The notes under the pieces: generated by a model
Told to the model about the DNA's origin: nothing
Databases searched by the model: none
Seen by the model: only the letters and a program-made list of their open reading frames with translations
Position numbers and translations under genes: made by a program
NCBI GenBank assembly: GCA_965649115.1
Contig: CBFGJN010000040.1
Coordinates: 1-18,061 of the forward strand
Direction: 5' to 3'
Length of the DNA stretch: 18,061 nt
Source: a candidate division WOR-3 bacterium
Lineage (GTDB): Bacteria > Hydrothermota > Hydrothermia > LBFQ01 > DSFT01
Shown: one piece after another, positions 16,039 through 18,061 of the stretch
Layout of the letters: each line of letters starts with the position of its first letter
Position numbering within the stretch: position 1 is the stretch's first letter

Positions 16039-17492
16039 ATTATATAAGCTTAATTGATATTATTATTACAATTTACAAAAGATTAAAAATTTTTTTGATA
16101 TTTTTGTTGATTCCAATTTTTCTCTGCTTAATTTATATTCTTATTACAAAACCAATATATAATCCCACTGCTATTGTAAAGGCTAATATATATGAAACTG
16201 TTCCTACTTGGATAGCAGATTTATTACAACAGAGACTTGTCCCTTCAACACCTGTTGACAGAATGGCAAGTCAAGTGGAACTTATAAAAGTTTTATCTAA
16301 AAATGTTTTAAAGGAAAACGGTGTTAATGTTGATTTTAAATTCAATAAAAACTACTTCAAAGTTATTCATAAGAGAGCAATTGTTGATACAATTAGGAAA
16401 AATTTAAGTTTTAAAATTATTTTTTATCCTGAAAGTATTTTGGTTTTTGAAAAGAGCAAAATTTTATGCTCTGGAAAATTTGAAGATACAATAAATTGTA
16501 ATTATTTTTCATTTGTTATTAAAAAATTGAAAAATTTCAATAAACCTTTTGAAGGCAAAATTACTTATAAAAATCCACAACTTACTATTGATGAATGGGT
16601 GAAAAATAGAATAAATGTTAATCAAATTGGTATTAGTGATTTAATTAAAATAAGTGTTGAAAGTGATAATCCTGAATATGCTGTAAAATTAGTAAATAGT
16701 ATAGCAAAGGAATATGTTAATTACTCACTTGAAGAGGAAAAACGATTAGCAAGAGAAACAAGGAAAAGACTTGAAGTGTTTTATGAGGAAGCCCAAAAAA
16801 GGGTTGATTCTTTGAAGAAAATTATAAAAGCCTTAAAAGTAGATACCTTATCACTTGTGACTTATATTTTAGATTTTGGTCTTGGTAATGAACCTATGGC
16901 AAGAATTGTTGAAAGATATTTTAGTAATCCTGGTGATGAGATTCTTAAAAAGGTTTCAAGAGAGTATGTAAATAAGTCTTTAACACTTGAAGAGATATTT
17001 AGTGCATATAATATGCTTGTTGGTCAAAGAAATGGCCTTATGTCTGCTATTGAAAATACAAAGCTTGTAGAAGCAAAAAGTGTTTCAGTTGCTCAAGTCC
17101 TTGAATATGCCATAATTCCTTCCAAACCAAAATGGCCAAAAAAATTTTTACTCTTAATTCTTTCATTTATTTTTGGAATAGTTTTTTCTACAATTTTAAC
17201 ACTAATTTTTGATAGACTTGATAAAAATGTATTTACCACTACTAAATTAAAGTCAATTTTAAATGAAAATGTTAGGGTATTTTATAACTTTTCAAGTTTA
17301 AAGTTTTATCTTATTTCAAATGGTTTTTCAAAAATATATTCAAATGAAAAAATTGATAATTTTGAAAGTGCTAATTTGCAAGAGGCAGACTTAGTCTTAA
17401 TTGTTTTAAGAAAACCAATAAGTGAAGATGAATTTATTAAACTTATAAAACTTTCAAAAAATAAAGAAAAAGTTATTTTTATTCCAATTTAA
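16035..17492 (+). CDS. Polysaccharide co-polymerase (Wzz/Wzc/GumC-like) without a recognisable kinase domain
   Basis: N-terminal TM followed by KPIY, a periplasmic coiled-coil region, Pro-rich PSKPKWPKK before a second TM, and a short cytoplasmic tail. Confidence 0.8.
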   Translation: MNYISLIDIIITIYKRLKIFLIFLLIPIFLCLIYILITKPIYNPTAIVKANIYETVPTWIADLLQQRLVPSTPVDRMASQVELIKVLSKNVLKENGVNVDFKFNKNYFKVIHKRAIVDTIRKNLSFKIIFYPESILVFEKSKILCSGKFEDTINCNYFSFVIKKLKNFNKPFEGKITYKNPQLTIDEWVKNRINVNQIGISDLIKISVESDNPEYAVKLVNSIAKEYVNYSLEEEKRLARETRKRLEVFYEEAQKRVDSLKKIIKALKVDTLSLVTYILDFGLGNEPMARIVERYFSNPGDEILKKVSREYVNKSLTLEEIFSAYNMLVGQRNGLMSAIENTKLVEAKSVSVAQVLEYAIIPSKPKWPKKFLLLILSFIFGIVFSTILTLIFDRLDKNVFTTTKLKSILNENVRVFYNFSSLKFYLISNGFSKIYSNEKIDNFESANLQEADLVLIVLRKPISEDEFIKLIKLSKNKEKVIFIPI

Positions 17493-17494
17493 TT

Positions 17495-17562
17495 TGCTTT
17501 GTCCATAGCCTTATTTTCAGAGTGGGCGGGGAAAATAAGGAATAATCATATTTAATTTGACA
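17495..17562 (+). repeat. Internally deleted copy F of the MITE-like repeat directly upstream of the rRNA promoter
   Basis: Left end TGCTTTGTCCA followed by CTTATTTTCAGAGTGGGCGGGGAAAATAAGGAATAATCATATTT; the right end is degenerate. Confidence 0.8.
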
Positions 17563-17595
17563 ATTTGAATCATTTTTGAACTTGTGCTTTAAAAT
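17557..17595 (+). promoter_or_regulatory. Putative rRNA promoter: TTGACA-N27-TAAAAT
   Basis: Perfect TTGACA at 17557-17562 and GCTTTAAAATTTT with the hexamer at 17590-17595; no TAnnnT at 16-18 bp spacing. Confidence 0.6.
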
Positions 17596-17657
17596 TTTGA
17601 CACTTACCAACTGGCTATATACAGCTCGGTAGCATACCCTGAAGATTTATAAATTTT

Positions 17658-18061
17658 TTTATGGAGGGTTTGATCCTGGCTCAGGGTTAACGCTAGCAGC
17701 GTGCCTTAGCCATGCAAGTCGTGCGGGCTGGGGGCAACCCCAGTCAGCGGCGGACGGCGGAGTAACACGTGACTAACCTGCCCCTAGGAGGGGGATAACC
17801 CACCGAAAGGTGGGCTAATACCCCGTACTGTGGATGGGTGAAATTCCCATCCATGAAAGAGGGCCCTCTGGGCTCTCGCCTAGGGAGGGGGTCGCGGCCC
17901 ATCAGCTAGTTGGTGGGGTAAAAGCCCACCAAGGCTATGACGGGTAGCCGGCGTGAGAGCGCGGCCGGCCCGAGGGGCACTGAGACACGGGCCCCACCCC
18001 TACGGGGGGCAGCAGGCTGGAAATTTGGGCAATGGGGGAAACCCTGACCCAGCGACGCTGC
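17658..18061 (+). rRNA. rrs: 16S rRNA gene, 5' part (runs off the window)
   Basis: AGGGTTTGATCCTGGCTCAG at 17665-17684, CATGCAAGTC, GAGTAACACGT, CAGCTAGTTGGTGGGGTAA, CACTGAGACACGG and CCTACGGGGGGCAGCAG; 5' end approximate. Confidence 0.99.

Noticed and set aside
52..17562. Repeats as a CRISPR array or tRNA/ncRNA genes
   Set aside because: Copies are dispersed and variable in length, with no regular spacers, no cas genes and no cloverleaf.

Overview
Very AT-rich chromosomal window from a diderm, probably thermophilic bacterium. The T9SS-like C-terminal domain, Omp85 protein and GC-rich 16S suggest an FCB-related lineage such as WOR-3/Hydrothermae; this is inference, not a database result. Genes in order: orphan V/A-ATPase subunit A, Omp85/BamA-family protein (probable CTG start), HPr, acyl-CoA carboxyltransferase, GT4 glycosyltransferase, a broken ORF with a Cys-rich tail (-), M6-like metalloprotease (-), nuoN and nuoM (-), putative beta-barrel, TIMP/NTR-like small protein, recJ, Wzz/Wzc-like protein, and the 5' end of a 16S rRNA gene. 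Three patterns stand out. (1) Six copies of a non-coding MITE-like element occupy almost every intergenic gap; the intact copy has 17-bp terminal inverted repeats, a 9-bp target duplication and GAA-loop hairpins. (2) A T(T/A/G)GACA hexamer, usually the element's right end, lies 27 bp (once 25 bp) upstream of a (C/G)TTTAAAATTT -10 box in five places, followed by near-leaderless starts or the 16S gene. (3) All four predicted exported proteins begin with an uncharged hydrophobic leader of about 7 residues instead of a normal signal peptide.
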